From positions 13,517 to 77,516 of IMG/VR virus record IMGVR_UViG_3300025655_000026: a stretch of DNA of 64,000 bases, one strand, 5' to 3'. The translations under genes were made by a program, and so were the position numbers. Origin of the DNA: a virus. Of the stretch, positions 29,866 through 38,955 are shown piece by piece; position 1 is the stretch's first letter; each line of letters starts with the position of its first letter. The notes beneath the pieces are model-generated. The model did not search any database and was not told where the DNA came from. It was given only the letters and a program-made list of their open reading frames with translations.

Positions 29866-30557
29866 ATTTTCACCTTTTCTTCGGATTGAAGTGTAGATAG
29901 AATCCTTTTGGCTAGGGTTTCGCCAATTCCATCTACGGCCTGTATTTCAAATACAGAGCATTCACCTATTTCCATAATAGAACCAAAAGTGTCTATTAGG
30001 GCTTTTGCCTTTTTATAGGAAACGCCTTTGATTCCAGTTAATACATCTAATCTCAAATCATCTGTTGTTATTCTCTTAAATACTTCGGGTCTAATTACTT
30101 CTCTTTTCATTGGTTTTATTTTACAAATAGAAGTTATAATCTGTGCCGCTTCTTCTTCATTAGAAACCCAAAATGGTTTAGCATCAGTATCTAAAGTAAT
30201 TCTACCTATTGCACCTAGAAATTTATTCCTTAGCATTATTGCTCTTGAAGCAATTGGCATTTTACTATCAGCATTTTCAATAACGGCCATGATTGCTTCA
30301 TCAATTGAACCATATATGATAACGATGCAATGATTGTAATGTCTATCCATATTATCTAATTGAGTCCAAATCCGTTTAGACATAACAGACCCTAAAAAGT
30401 CAATAGAAGATTTTGCTTCAAAACAAACATCATCAAAAACATAGTCACCGATTTCTAACCATCTTTTATCGGTTTTAATATTGAGAGCCTTTGCCTGTTT
30501 TTCTACAAGAGAATATAACTTAGACTTCTCAGTTTCTCTACTATCAATAATTAACAT
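29862..30557 (-). CDS. ERCC4/XPF (Hef-like) structure-specific nuclease with HhH motifs
   Basis: 'IIDSRE', 'GDY', 'EAKS..DF..S', two HhH motifs (GIKGVS, DGIG). Confidence 0.85.
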   Translation of the reverse strand: MLIIDSRETEKSKLYSLVEKQAKALNIKTDKRWLEIGDYVFDDVCFEAKSSIDFLGSVMSKRIWTQLDNMDRHYNHCIVIIYGSIDEAIMAVIENADSKMPIASRAIMLRNKFLGAIGRITLDTDAKPFWVSNEEEAAQIITSICKIKPMKREVIRPEVFKRITTDDLRLDVLTGIKGVSYKKAKALIDTFGSIMEIGECSVFEIQAVDGIGETLAKRILSTLQSEEKVKI

Positions 30558-30561
30558 ATTC

Positions 30562-31587
30562 TCACTCCTTTGGGTATCTCCAACACTTACCTACGCAATA
30601 TCCATCGGAAATCAATTTACCGCAAGAAGGAGTATTGTAATTACCATAAACTGTAAACTTGGCATGTTTTCTAGTAGTAGATTCATCCCAATCCAGCCAC
30701 ACATCTTCTTTCTCTCCAAAGACGACCTTTAGTTCTTCTACAACTAGATTCAACACCTTTTGCTTATCCTCCATTGTTTTCAAATTTTGATTGAGGCTTA
30801 ACAAATCCCGATACCATGCTACTAGATAGGCTCTTGAAATGTGTGCTGGATTTTCGCTCATTGTAGCATGATATAGGCAGGGAAGTATGGGTAAAGTTCC
30901 ATCGTGGCTAGGAACATCAACTTCTCCTTCTATGTCTTCAATAGGCGGTGCTTCGGGAAATATCACTTTGATTGAACCCTCCTTGCGATAGGGGATAGTG
31001 CGGGGGTATTTAGCCAAAGTGTGTAAAGTGGCTAAACCATTCTGTAAATCCTCGTAAAAGAGAGGGATGCAATAGTAAGGATTTCCATTTTCATCCCTTG
31101 ATGAAAGGTTCACGGTATTCGGCACTCTACGCAATCTGCTAATTTGTCCTACTCTATCATCTAAAGTAGAGTTAGTTCCTAACAACGATTTGATTTGTTT
31201 AAAGAATACCTGTATGTTGCGAATTGATTGTGTTCTTTCACCTTCAATAAAAAGGTGAAAGCCTCTACCCGAAAAGAATAGAGAATGTTCCCAATCATTT
31301 TCTTTTACATAATCCATAACAATACATACATCATTGAATGCCTCTTTTAGAGATTCATCCTCATGTGCATCAAAATCAAGAAAGACTCTATTGATGATAA
31401 CTGAATGTTCCATCTTTGCATTGTCGCTAAACTCATCAAAATCATAAACCGTTGTGTAGACATTGGTTTTATTATTTTGAGTTTGAACAAACTCAAGATA
31501 TTCATTCTTCGTTTGAACTATCTTTCTCTTCATCTGTGGTGCGTTCTTGATGTGACTCCCCGCCCACACTTCTCTCGGAAACTTCAT
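30562..31587 (-). CDS. archaeo-eukaryotic primase, PriS domain fused to a PriL-CTD-like Cys region
   Basis: 'FLDFD', 'SGRGFH', 'RLRRVPNT'; C-terminal 'LPC...PSC..L...GYC...C'. Confidence 0.75.
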   Translation of the reverse strand: MKFPREVWAGSHIKNAPQMKRKIVQTKNEYLEFVQTQNNKTNVYTTVYDFDEFSDNAKMEHSVIINRVFLDFDAHEDESLKEAFNDVCIVMDYVKENDWEHSLFFSGRGFHLFIEGERTQSIRNIQVFFKQIKSLLGTNSTLDDRVGQISRLRRVPNTVNLSSRDENGNPYYCIPLFYEDLQNGLATLHTLAKYPRTIPYRKEGSIKVIFPEAPPIEDIEGEVDVPSHDGTLPILPCLYHATMSENPAHISRAYLVAWYRDLLSLNQNLKTMEDKQKVLNLVVEELKVVFGEKEDVWLDWDESTTRKHAKFTVYGNYNTPSCGKLISDGYCVGKCWRYPKE

Positions 31588-31876
31588 TTTTATTACCTCC
31601 AAAATTTACAGTTGCGCTTTCAAGCATATTTCTAATTGTTCCTGCTACTTCTCCTTGAATATGTGCCATTACAATTTCACGGAAAGCATCTTCTAAAGTT
31701 AATCCTACATAGCCATCATTGATTTTAGTTTCTCTAGCCAATTGAAATCTTTCAATTACATTCATTTCAGAATAAACTTCTTGAGATAAAGAACTAATAG
31801 TATTTTTAAGATTGGAAATCTCAGTAAAAGACCAATTTTTATTCAATACCTTAGTTTTTATTAATTCCTCTATCAT
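31502..31876 (-). CDS. hypothetical protein
   Basis: ORF between the Cas4-like and primase genes. Confidence 0.5.
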   Translation of the reverse strand: MIEELIKTKVLNKNWSFTEISNLKNTISSLSQEVYSEMNVIERFQLARETKINDGYVGLTLEDAFREIVMAHIQGEVAGTIRNMLESATVNFGGNKNEVSERSVGGESHQERTTDEEKDSSNEE

Positions 31877-31879
31877 AAT

Positions 31880-32785
31880 TCACACCCATGTATCATCTTG
31901 CGCTCCGTCACAAATACCAAAATAAGAACAATGAGCGCAGGTTTTGTAAAAGAACTTAGTTGGAAAATGTTCTGTTTCGTAGGCTTGAATTAATTTAGCA
32001 ATGTTATCCTTAACAGAAGTCATTGTTCTTTTCTTAATTTCTTCAACATAGATATAATTAGAAACAGGGTAATACCATCCCCAATGACTTACTTTCATAT
32101 CTCTCGTTAATCCATTCTTTTCAAGAACTTCATCGGAAGCCTGTTCAATAAGCAATTGATAGAAAGCCATTTCTTGACGCATTGAACTTGATTTGTAGTC
32201 TTTCCAACCTCCAGTTTTAAACTCAAAAGGAATTAGATTACCATTCTCAATAAAGATGCGGTCAATAATACCTTGAATATGAATAACATAATCCTGCTTC
32301 AATGGATATTTTTTACTTATATCTTTAGGAATAGTAATTTCAGCATCAAATTTACCTTCATTTACAATTGGTAAAAACTCATGAACTTTATCTTCACTTC
32401 TAGCCTCAATATATCGTTGGGCTTCAAACGCCGCAACAGTCATTGAAACATCAAAATAATCATCAATAGGAAAAAGTCCTGTGCAATAATCAATGACTTC
32501 ATCAGCAGACATATTTTCTGCTTTCTTAAGGTCAAATTGATTAAAGAAGTTCTCACGATGATTGTGAAGAACAGTTCCTTTTCTCATTGCTTCCGATTGG
32601 TCTTGAGGCAATCGTTGAATATACCCAAAGTCATATTTCTTAGGACACCATTCATGCGCCCCCAAAGAAGATTTAGTAATCTTCAAAATTGGCTTACTTG
32701 GGTCTTCATATGCGCTAGCATCCCATTGATAGGTAAACTCTCGCATTGATTTAATTCTCGCTTCATATCTTTCATCTTTATTCAT
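31880..32785 (-). CDS. Cas4-like PD-(D/E)xK exonuclease
   Basis: 'WCP', 'GIIDRI', 'EFKTG', 'Q..FY', 'C.HCSY...C'. Confidence 0.8.
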   Translation of the reverse strand: MNKDERYEARIKSMREFTYQWDASAYEDPSKPILKITKSSLGAHEWCPKKYDFGYIQRLPQDQSEAMRKGTVLHNHRENFFNQFDLKKAENMSADEVIDYCTGLFPIDDYFDVSMTVAAFEAQRYIEARSEDKVHEFLPIVNEGKFDAEITIPKDISKKYPLKQDYVIHIQGIIDRIFIENGNLIPFEFKTGGWKDYKSSSMRQEMAFYQLLIEQASDEVLEKNGLTRDMKVSHWGWYYPVSNYIYVEEIKKRTMTSVKDNIAKLIQAYETEHFPTKFFYKTCAHCSYFGICDGAQDDTWV

Positions 32786-33014
32786 TTATTTTCACTCTCC
32801 TATGTGTTCCACATCTGTTTCCATCAAAGTCAGCCCAACTCTTACATCTTTCATTTGTAGAACCCGATATGGCTCTACATCTAAATTCATCGGGTGTAGG
32901 CTTTCTTCTACATACTGAACAGATTGGAGTATAATTTGGTTTGCTAGACTTATGCGGCCTAGCATTAAATTTACCTTCGCATAATATACAAAATACTGTT
33001 GCCATCAAAACCAC
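32778..33014 (-). CDS. Cys-rich Zn-finger protein
   Basis: CxxC...CxxC...C...C...C..H. Confidence 0.55.
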   Translation of the reverse strand: MVLMATVFCILCEGKFNARPHKSSKPNYTPICSVCRRKPTPDEFRCRAISGSTNERCKSWADFDGNRCGTHRRVKINE

Positions 33015-33916
33015 TCTTCTAAACTCATTTGCATTGTTCCGTTTCTAATACCCGAAACCAACCAGCCCATAGCATTGTAAATTGGTTCGGCTTTCTTAAT
33101 TACCTGTTCTGCATAATGTTCCCAATCGGGAGTATAATTATCAAAATCAGCATAAGTTACTCCAGCAACATATTCTACTTGTCTAGTTTCTTTAGTTAAA
33201 GGATGAATAAAAGTTTCATCTGTTTTTACCTTTAAATGCAAATAAGAATCTTCAAACTCCATATCTTTCTGTTGCCAACAATATACAATACCTGCTATTC
33301 CAGCAGAAATACTGGGTCGCTTATTTTCTAAAGTTTTAAAATTAGAAACAGATTCTTGACAAGGCATTGAATTCTTATTCTTCTTATAGCCACAAATTTT
33401 CTTATCCCCAATTAAATCCTTAAGATTATGCTTATGATTAAATCTACATCGTAGATTAAATCTATTTTCTTTAAGACGGCTTCTTTTAATAATTGACTCT
33501 AAAGGTATTTGTCCTTTCAAGGTTTCTTGAAAGATATTGTAAAGATGCGTGTTGATTTCCTTTTGAGTCTTTTGAGACACCCACATTTTTAATGCATCAG
33601 TTTGAACTTGCTTTGCTAGTTTTGTTTCGCTAACTCTTTTAGCAGTAAACCCTGTCATTGTAAATTTAGGCTTATCTAAGAAAACATTATCTTCCCAAAT
33701 AATCATTCCAGCATTTCTGTTTTTCGTAGTGCCAACGCCAAGAGCCGAATAAAACTTCTCAAATTCCAACACAACGGGATGTTGTTCAAGTCCGAGAACA
33801 TTCGGGAACTTTTTCCTAACTTCACTTTGAATCACCTCTAATTTTTCTTTTGCTTCTTCAATACTATCTACTTGAACATAGATAGAATCAGTATGACCAT
33901 AGACTACTTTCATCAC
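33005..33916 (-). CDS. polB: DNA polymerase B, C-terminal part (motif C, thumb)
   Basis: Starts 'KVVYGHTDSIYV'; 'LEFEK', 'TGF.AKR'. Confidence 0.85.
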   Translation of the reverse strand: MMKVVYGHTDSIYVQVDSIEEAKEKLEVIQSEVRKKFPNVLGLEQHPVVLEFEKFYSALGVGTTKNRNAGMIIWEDNVFLDKPKFTMTGFTAKRVSETKLAKQVQTDALKMWVSQKTQKEINTHLYNIFQETLKGQIPLESIIKRSRLKENRFNLRCRFNHKHNLKDLIGDKKICGYKKNKNSMPCQESVSNFKTLENKRPSISAGIAGIVYCWQQKDMEFEDSYLHLKVKTDETFIHPLTKETRQVEYVAGVTYADFDNYTPDWEHYAEQVIKKAEPIYNAMGWLVSGIRNGTMQMSLEEWF

Positions 33917-34161
33917 ATCACATCTGTAAAAATAATTCCTATTGGCTCATTCTTTAATTCAGCAATGGATTCTTGACATTCTCTAACTGCTAATCCAATT
34001 TTGTCTTCTTTATTCATATCAACATGAATAGCATTTATATCTTCTAAAACATCATCTAAATCATTTCTGATTTCTTTCAAAGAATTCAGTAGATTGTTGA
34101 TTGTTTTCTGCAATAATCCAATTGTTATAGTTTGTTCTTTAATTATTTCTTCTAAATTCAT
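33913..34161 (-). CDS. coiled-coil hypothetical protein
   Basis: Heptad pattern; coupled to the polB C-terminal gene. Confidence 0.55.
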   Translation of the reverse strand: MNLEEIIKEQTITIGLLQKTINNLLNSLKEIRNDLDDVLEDINAIHVDMNKEDKIGLAVRECQESIAELKNEPIGIIFTDVM

Positions 34162-34313
34162 AATATTACCACCAGTAATGTAATGATAGTTGCTATGTTT
34201 ACAACATTAACCATCATTAATATTTTGTTGCTTCTTTTTACATTCTCCAGCAACTCGGAGAGAGTTTCTTGTGTTTCTTTTTGCACACTAATTAATTCAT
34301 CTAAATTAAACAT
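34158..34313 (-). CDS. 51-aa tail-anchored coiled-coil peptide, not in the ORF track
   Basis: MFNLDELISVQKETQETLSELLENVKRSNKILMMVNVVNIATIITLLVVIL; GAGGTGA SD. Confidence 0.55.
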   Translation of the reverse strand: MFNLDELISVQKETQETLSELLENVKRSNKILMMVNVVNIATIITLLVVIL

Positions 34314-34317
34314 TTAA

Positions 34318-34515
34318 TCACCTCATAACTTCTATTAACTTTGATTTAAAATCACAGTTTTTATTATTACATACAATTTGTAGTTTGTTTAAACCTGCTT
34401 TATTATCGCTAGCAAAATACACCTTGAATTCTTTTTCAAGGCATTTCGGACAAATATAGTTCTTCATTTCATAACTCTCCTCATTCTTAAAAAACAGGGA
34501 TGACAAATACCCCAT
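34318..34515 (-). CDS. small Zn-ribbon protein
   Basis: CPKC...CNNKNC. Confidence 0.45.
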   Translation of the reverse strand: MGYLSSLFFKNEESYEMKNYICPKCLEKEFKVYFASDNKAGLNKLQIVCNNKNCDFKSKLIEVMR

Positions 34516-34567
34516 TCGGGATGAACAACATGCACTATGTCATAACAAACTTTACAATTATACATAC

Positions 34568-34840
34568 TCATAGCCCCCCTCGCATCTCCTTTGTCTTAAT
34601 AGACCAATTTTTATAAGATAAACCTTCTAAACAAATTCCCGTAATTAAGCCAACCACTCCATCAAGAGTCTCAACATTTAGTAATATTAAAAGAATAAAA
34701 AAAGACCAAATCCAATGATGAATATGATACTTTCCTATGATAATAGAAGAAACTCTTGGTGTAAGATATTTTGCTAATGAATAGCCTAATATCAAACCAA
34801 TACTGTATTCAATCATATTTCCATCTCCTTCACTATCCAA
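34568..34840 (-). CDS. small membrane protein (HIHHW motif)
   Basis: Hydrophobic segments and 'HIHHWIW'. Confidence 0.55.
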   Translation of the reverse strand: MDSEGDGNMIEYSIGLILGYSLAKYLTPRVSSIIIGKYHIHHWIWSFFILLILLNVETLDGVVGLITGICLEGLSYKNWSIKTKEMRGGL

Positions 34841-35052
34841 GCCATTACTCCATAAATAGGATTCGCCCCTTTAATGCACCAACAAAAGAAACTTCTTTCG
34901 TTTTCTTCTTCATATTTCTCCTGTTCTTCTTTACTCCAACGATAAAGACAAGGGCGATAAAAAGGAATATCGCCAGTTTCTTTTTCTGCTTCTTGAAAAA
35001 CAATATCTCCTAAACCTTCATGGGGCGGCAATTTATTCAGTTGCGGATTCAT
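34813..35052 (-). CDS. hypothetical protein
   Basis: Coupled to the stop of the polB N-terminal gene. Confidence 0.45.
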   Translation of the reverse strand: MNPQLNKLPPHEGLGDIVFQEAEKETGDIPFYRPCLYRWSKEEQEKYEEENERSFFCWCIKGANPIYGVMAWIVKEMEI

Positions 35053-36722
35053 TCTTCCATCCCCTTTGCTACAAATGCCGCAGTTCTAATGGCTTCTCTC
35101 GCACTAGCAGTAATAGATGCGGCTAAATCAACATCAGCCCATCCAAACCCTTGAAATGCGACTATACCATAAAAGGAAGCCATTAATCTTTTAACTGCCA
35201 TTTGATTATTATACCACTTTTGGTATTCACCAGTATTATTCTCTCTCGCTTCTCGCATTTTTTGTTTGTAGTCGTTTCTTAATTCCTTGAGTTCTAAGAC
35301 TGCTCTAGGAAGAAGACCTAATTTATCAGTTTTGTAATAAAGCATCTTTTGCTCGGATGCAAGACTGAAATCTCTAGGAGTAAGAATATTCACGCCTAAT
35401 TCTGTTGGCTTAGAGGATTTAGTTTCCCATGAGATATTTCTAGCAATCATCATACTCGGATAAAGACCAGCAAAATCAAAAGCGGCCACATTTAAATGAA
35501 GTCCTTGAGTTTGTTCACTAAGAGGGTCATAAATCATAGCCCCTTCATATTCTTCTCTAACTATATCTTTATTGCCAGTCGGTGCTTTCCAATCAGCATT
35601 ACGCATGAAATAGATTGAACCCATGTGTGAAGCGTAGAAACATGCATCAAATGGCGCAACTAGAAGCCTTTGTAAAGAAATAATGGCCTCACTAGTAAAA
35701 TTAGTTTCGTCAATTTTTCTTAGTAACTCTACATCTTGAAGCGCATATTGAAAGTAGGCTACTGAATCTTCTAGCCATGCCCTACGATAGAACTCATTAG
35801 GGTCTTCAAACTTAGTTTCAGCATGTTTACCTTCACCAAAAAGTGTTTGAGAGACATACTCTAAAGATAGAGAAGGCAATGTTCCTCTTTGAGAATCATT
35901 CCATTGTCGCTCAAAGGCTAAATCAAGATTCAATGTAATTCTACCACCGATAGGTTGCTCAATTGGAGAGTAGCCTTTTTCAGCATAGGCAAAATGATAG
36001 CCGTTGGACTTAGTAAATCCTTTAATCTCTCCAATTGGAGAGATTTTTCTAGCATCAATATCATGAACTACACATCTTTCTAATAATTTAGGCAAATCAA
36101 ACTTTAATCCAAACCAAGCAATCAACATATCGGGGTCATGATTAACCATTAAAAACAGAAATCCATTAATCATATCTTTTTCATTTGTGAAACAAAGAAA
36201 TTTAGTTTCGTAATTTTCAATAGACAACTCTTTGTAAATATCTCCACTAAATTCATTATTAGGACACCAAACAAATTGATAAAATGTTTTGGAATAGTTA
36301 TCAAAAGTCACAATAGCAGTAATAGCCCCATCGTGTTCTCCTCCCTGTTGCCATTCCATATCCCAATACCATTTACGCATAGGATATTCATGAAGTGATT
36401 TTAATTCATCAACGCAATAGCGAAAATGATAAGGAACATCGGCTTCATATGTTTTAGCGTGTGCATCTTTTGCATTTCTATCACTATGCTTTTCATAATA
36501 ACAACGAACTAAAGATTGTCCTTCTAAATTAACCCAATCTCCTTCAACATAAGTAAATTCTCCATCTAAAAATTTACTTATTGGATAATTCGTTGGTCTA
36601 GGCGCATTTGAATCAATATAGAAATAAGGAATAAAGTCATTAAATAGTTCTTGTTTCTCACCTTTCTCATTTCTCCAAGAAACATAGACTGTATTTTTAT
36701 TTTTATATTTACTAATAATCAT
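35049..36722 (-). CDS. polB: DNA polymerase B, N-terminal part (3'-5' exonuclease, motifs A and B)
   Basis: 'WDME', 'FDLP', 'FDFAGLYPSMMIARNIS', 'Q.AVK..MASFYG'. Confidence 0.9.
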   Translation of the reverse strand: MIISKYKNKNTVYVSWRNEKGEKQELFNDFIPYFYIDSNAPRPTNYPISKFLDGEFTYVEGDWVNLEGQSLVRCYYEKHSDRNAKDAHAKTYEADVPYHFRYCVDELKSLHEYPMRKWYWDMEWQQGGEHDGAITAIVTFDNYSKTFYQFVWCPNNEFSGDIYKELSIENYETKFLCFTNEKDMINGFLFLMVNHDPDMLIAWFGLKFDLPKLLERCVVHDIDARKISPIGEIKGFTKSNGYHFAYAEKGYSPIEQPIGGRITLNLDLAFERQWNDSQRGTLPSLSLEYVSQTLFGEGKHAETKFEDPNEFYRRAWLEDSVAYFQYALQDVELLRKIDETNFTSEAIISLQRLLVAPFDACFYASHMGSIYFMRNADWKAPTGNKDIVREEYEGAMIYDPLSEQTQGLHLNVAAFDFAGLYPSMMIARNISWETKSSKPTELGVNILTPRDFSLASEQKMLYYKTDKLGLLPRAVLELKELRNDYKQKMREARENNTGEYQKWYNNQMAVKRLMASFYGIVAFQGFGWADVDLAASITASAREAIRTAAFVAKGMEE

Positions 36723-36726
36723 ATTT

Positions 36727-37497
36727 TCAACCTTCTGTTACTACTGGTGCTTTTATTAACAATCTGTTATTTGACATAATTAAAACTGGAAATTCATCTT
36801 TTACAAAGAAATTAAGCACTTCACCTTTTCTAAATAATCTATGAAGAGGAGAAGTAAATTGAACTGTTGCCGCTTCTCCATGAGTATAGACTGCATTCAT
36901 TGTTTCTTCATATCTGTTTTCTGTGCTTATACGGGAACTAAACTTTACTTCACGATTATCTGTAAAATCTAATCTATATGTTCCTGCTTTCACTAATTCC
37001 ATAGATTGCATACATGATTCAAAATCATCGGAAGTTAAAGTAAAGACTCCTTCAAATTTACCTGTTCCAAAAGAAGGAAGTTCAGTTGGTGAAAGAGTAT
37101 AAGTTACATCGCCTAAATTCTTATTAAGAGCATTATACATTGCTAAAGAAGTATTATCTAAAATAATAGGTATTGTTGCTTTCTTACTTCCCGAAGAAAG
37201 AGTAATAAAGTCAGTCACATGAAACATTGTGTTTTCGCCAAAGGTTTTACAGTAAGAAAGAATTTGTGAAACATCACAACAACAAGTTCCATTTTCTTCA
37301 CCTTGAACAGTAGTATCTGCTCGGACTAGAAAGGTTGCATCTCCATTATATACTCTCAATAAGTTATCATTGAGAACAAAATAAACTTCTGTTCCTAAAC
37401 TGCTATTGGAAAATCCATTTGAAGTAGAATATTTTCCCTTCATTTGAATGCTTTCAAGTAGTTCTCTCATTTCTTTTGTATTCATTGTAAATTTCAT
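36727..37497 (-). CDS. PCNA-like sliding clamp
   Basis: 256 aa; clamp-like repeat pattern ending 'FPV...LLIKAP'; adjacent to polB. Confidence 0.65.
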   Translation of the reverse strand: MKFTMNTKEMRELLESIQMKGKYSTSNGFSNSSLGTEVYFVLNDNLLRVYNGDATFLVRADTTVQGEENGTCCCDVSQILSYCKTFGENTMFHVTDFITLSSGSKKATIPIILDNTSLAMYNALNKNLGDVTYTLSPTELPSFGTGKFEGVFTLTSDDFESCMQSMELVKAGTYRLDFTDNREVKFSSRISTENRYEETMNAVYTHGEAATVQFTSPLHRLFRKGEVLNFFVKDEFPVLIMSNNRLLIKAPVVTEG

Positions 37498-38421
37498 ATT
37501 TTACCCTCCTGTAATTCTTTAATTCCATTCCATTTAATGTTGGGTGGTGTTCCTTCTCTCGTAGTAAAGCGAGTTCCCACTAAATTACCATTAGTTCTAG
37601 AACCAATGAGTTCTGCAATATAGTGAATTTCACCTTTTATGTTTTTGCGAGAACAATAGATTTCCTGTTCTAATCTACCGCCCCAATCTTTCCATGCTGG
37701 TTGCACACCAACTGGAGAATTGTCTACATATCGTTCTGTTTCATGAGTAATGTAAATAACATCACAATTTAGATTGTAGATAGTATCTAGAAGATGATAG
37801 AATGTTTTGTTTCTAGCACCATACATATAAGGCATAACCTTAGTAACAATTCTAGGGTTTGGATTAATCTTTAACATACATGATTCAAACCATGTATCTA
37901 CTCCATCAATGATGAAGATAGGATTCTCGCCATTATCAATCTTTTCACGGACATAGCGAATAAACATATGTGAATTTTCTTCACTCACTTCAATATCAAC
38001 CACATTGTCTTTGTTTAATTCAATAGGACAATAAATTTGAATTCTATCAGTAGCATTGTGGTGTTCAATCCATGTTGATTCAACGCCTTTATCCCAATCA
38101 AGAACATAAATTGGCCTATTAGGGAAATCAAGAGCAATACCCGTCTTTCCAGTTTTAGGTTCACCCCAAATACCTAGAACAAGGCGAGATTTTCTTTCTG
38201 CTCTCTTCTTTTCCATTAATTCACGGAATTTATGATTAAGGAAAATCAAGAGCAATACCCGTCTTTCCAGTTTTAGGTTCACCCCAAATACCTAGAACAA
38301 GGCGAGATTTTCTTTCTGCTCTCTTCTTTTCCATTAATTCACGGAATTTATGATTAAACTCCTCCTGTTTCTTACCAAAATTCATGGTAGTCGCTTCACC
38401 TGTTTTGCTTGTTATACTCAT
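37494..38421 (-). CDS. RadA/RecA-family ATPase, frame broken by a 115-bp duplication (likely assembly error)
   Basis: Walker A GEPKTGKT, 'LDWDKG', Walker B 'IIDGVD', 'YITH'; N-terminus in ORF 38236..38436, remainder in 37494..38282. Confidence 0.7.
38125..38357. repeat. exact 115-bp tandem duplication (38125-38239 and 38243-38357)
   Basis: Identical sequence with period 118 nt. Confidence 0.9.
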
Positions 38422-38629
38422 TTTTATTCCTCGCATTTTTCCATTGTTTTACTAATTCATCTATTTCTCTTTGATTGCTACAAACCAATCGGACTTCTTT
38501 TGTTCCGATGTGTAACTTAATGTGATGGTTTCCATCATCCCAATTTTCTTTCATTGTAATGAAGTCTACTCTCGTTAAGTCTACTTCCCACTTATTTTCT
38601 ATTGAAAGAAAAATATCTTTAAACTCCAT
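38396..38629 (-). CDS. small beta-rich hypothetical protein
   Basis: Coupled ORF with a pattern similar to its upstream neighbour. Confidence 0.55.
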   Translation of the reverse strand: MEFKDIFLSIENKWEVDLTRVDFITMKENWDDGNHHIKLHIGTKEVRLVCSNQREIDELVKQWKNARNKNEYNKQNR

Positions 38630-38834
38630 ATCCTTTCACCCCCATGTGAACTTTATACTTTGTTAATAAATATTCAGCATCTTCAAATTTCATTACTTGA
38701 ATAATGAAATTAGACATTGAGTGTATCTTAACTTCAACATTTTCTTCATCATATTTATTCCAACTAATATGTTGAACATTATTAAAATGAATAAATGCTC
38801 TTTCTGTTTCAATTGCATTATCATATATTTTCAT
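38619..38834 (-). CDS. small beta-rich hypothetical protein (likely start 38834)
   Basis: GAGGTGA SD at 38839-38845 before MKIYDN. Confidence 0.6.
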   Translation of the reverse strand: MKIYDNAIETERAFIHFNNVQHISWNKYDEENVEVKIHSMSNFIIQVMKFEDAEYLLTKYKVHMGVKGYGV

Positions 38835-38849
38835 AATATCACCTCTTTT

Positions 38850-38934
38850 GAATAGGGAAACAGGTTCATGCCGCAAACTGGCACTATCTCCGTAGCCCAA
38901 ACCTTTTCCTGTTATTACTGGATAAACCCTACTC
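38850..38934 (-). ncRNA. candidate structured intergenic RNA
   Basis: Outer stem GAGTAGGG/CCCTATTC, inner stem AGGTTT/GAACCT, three small hairpins; G-U pairs work on the - strand. Confidence 0.35.
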
Positions 38935-38955
38935 AAATTAAAGAGTCAATTCAAC

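Noticed and set aside
33917-35048. Intein or group I intron splitting polB
   Set aside because: No Cys/Ser...His-Asn intein ends and no recognisable intron core; the gap is filled with ordinary coupled ORFs.
38125-38357. Diversity-generating retroelement TR/VR pair
   Set aside because: The copies are identical (no adenine-specific mismatches) and no reverse transcriptase is present.
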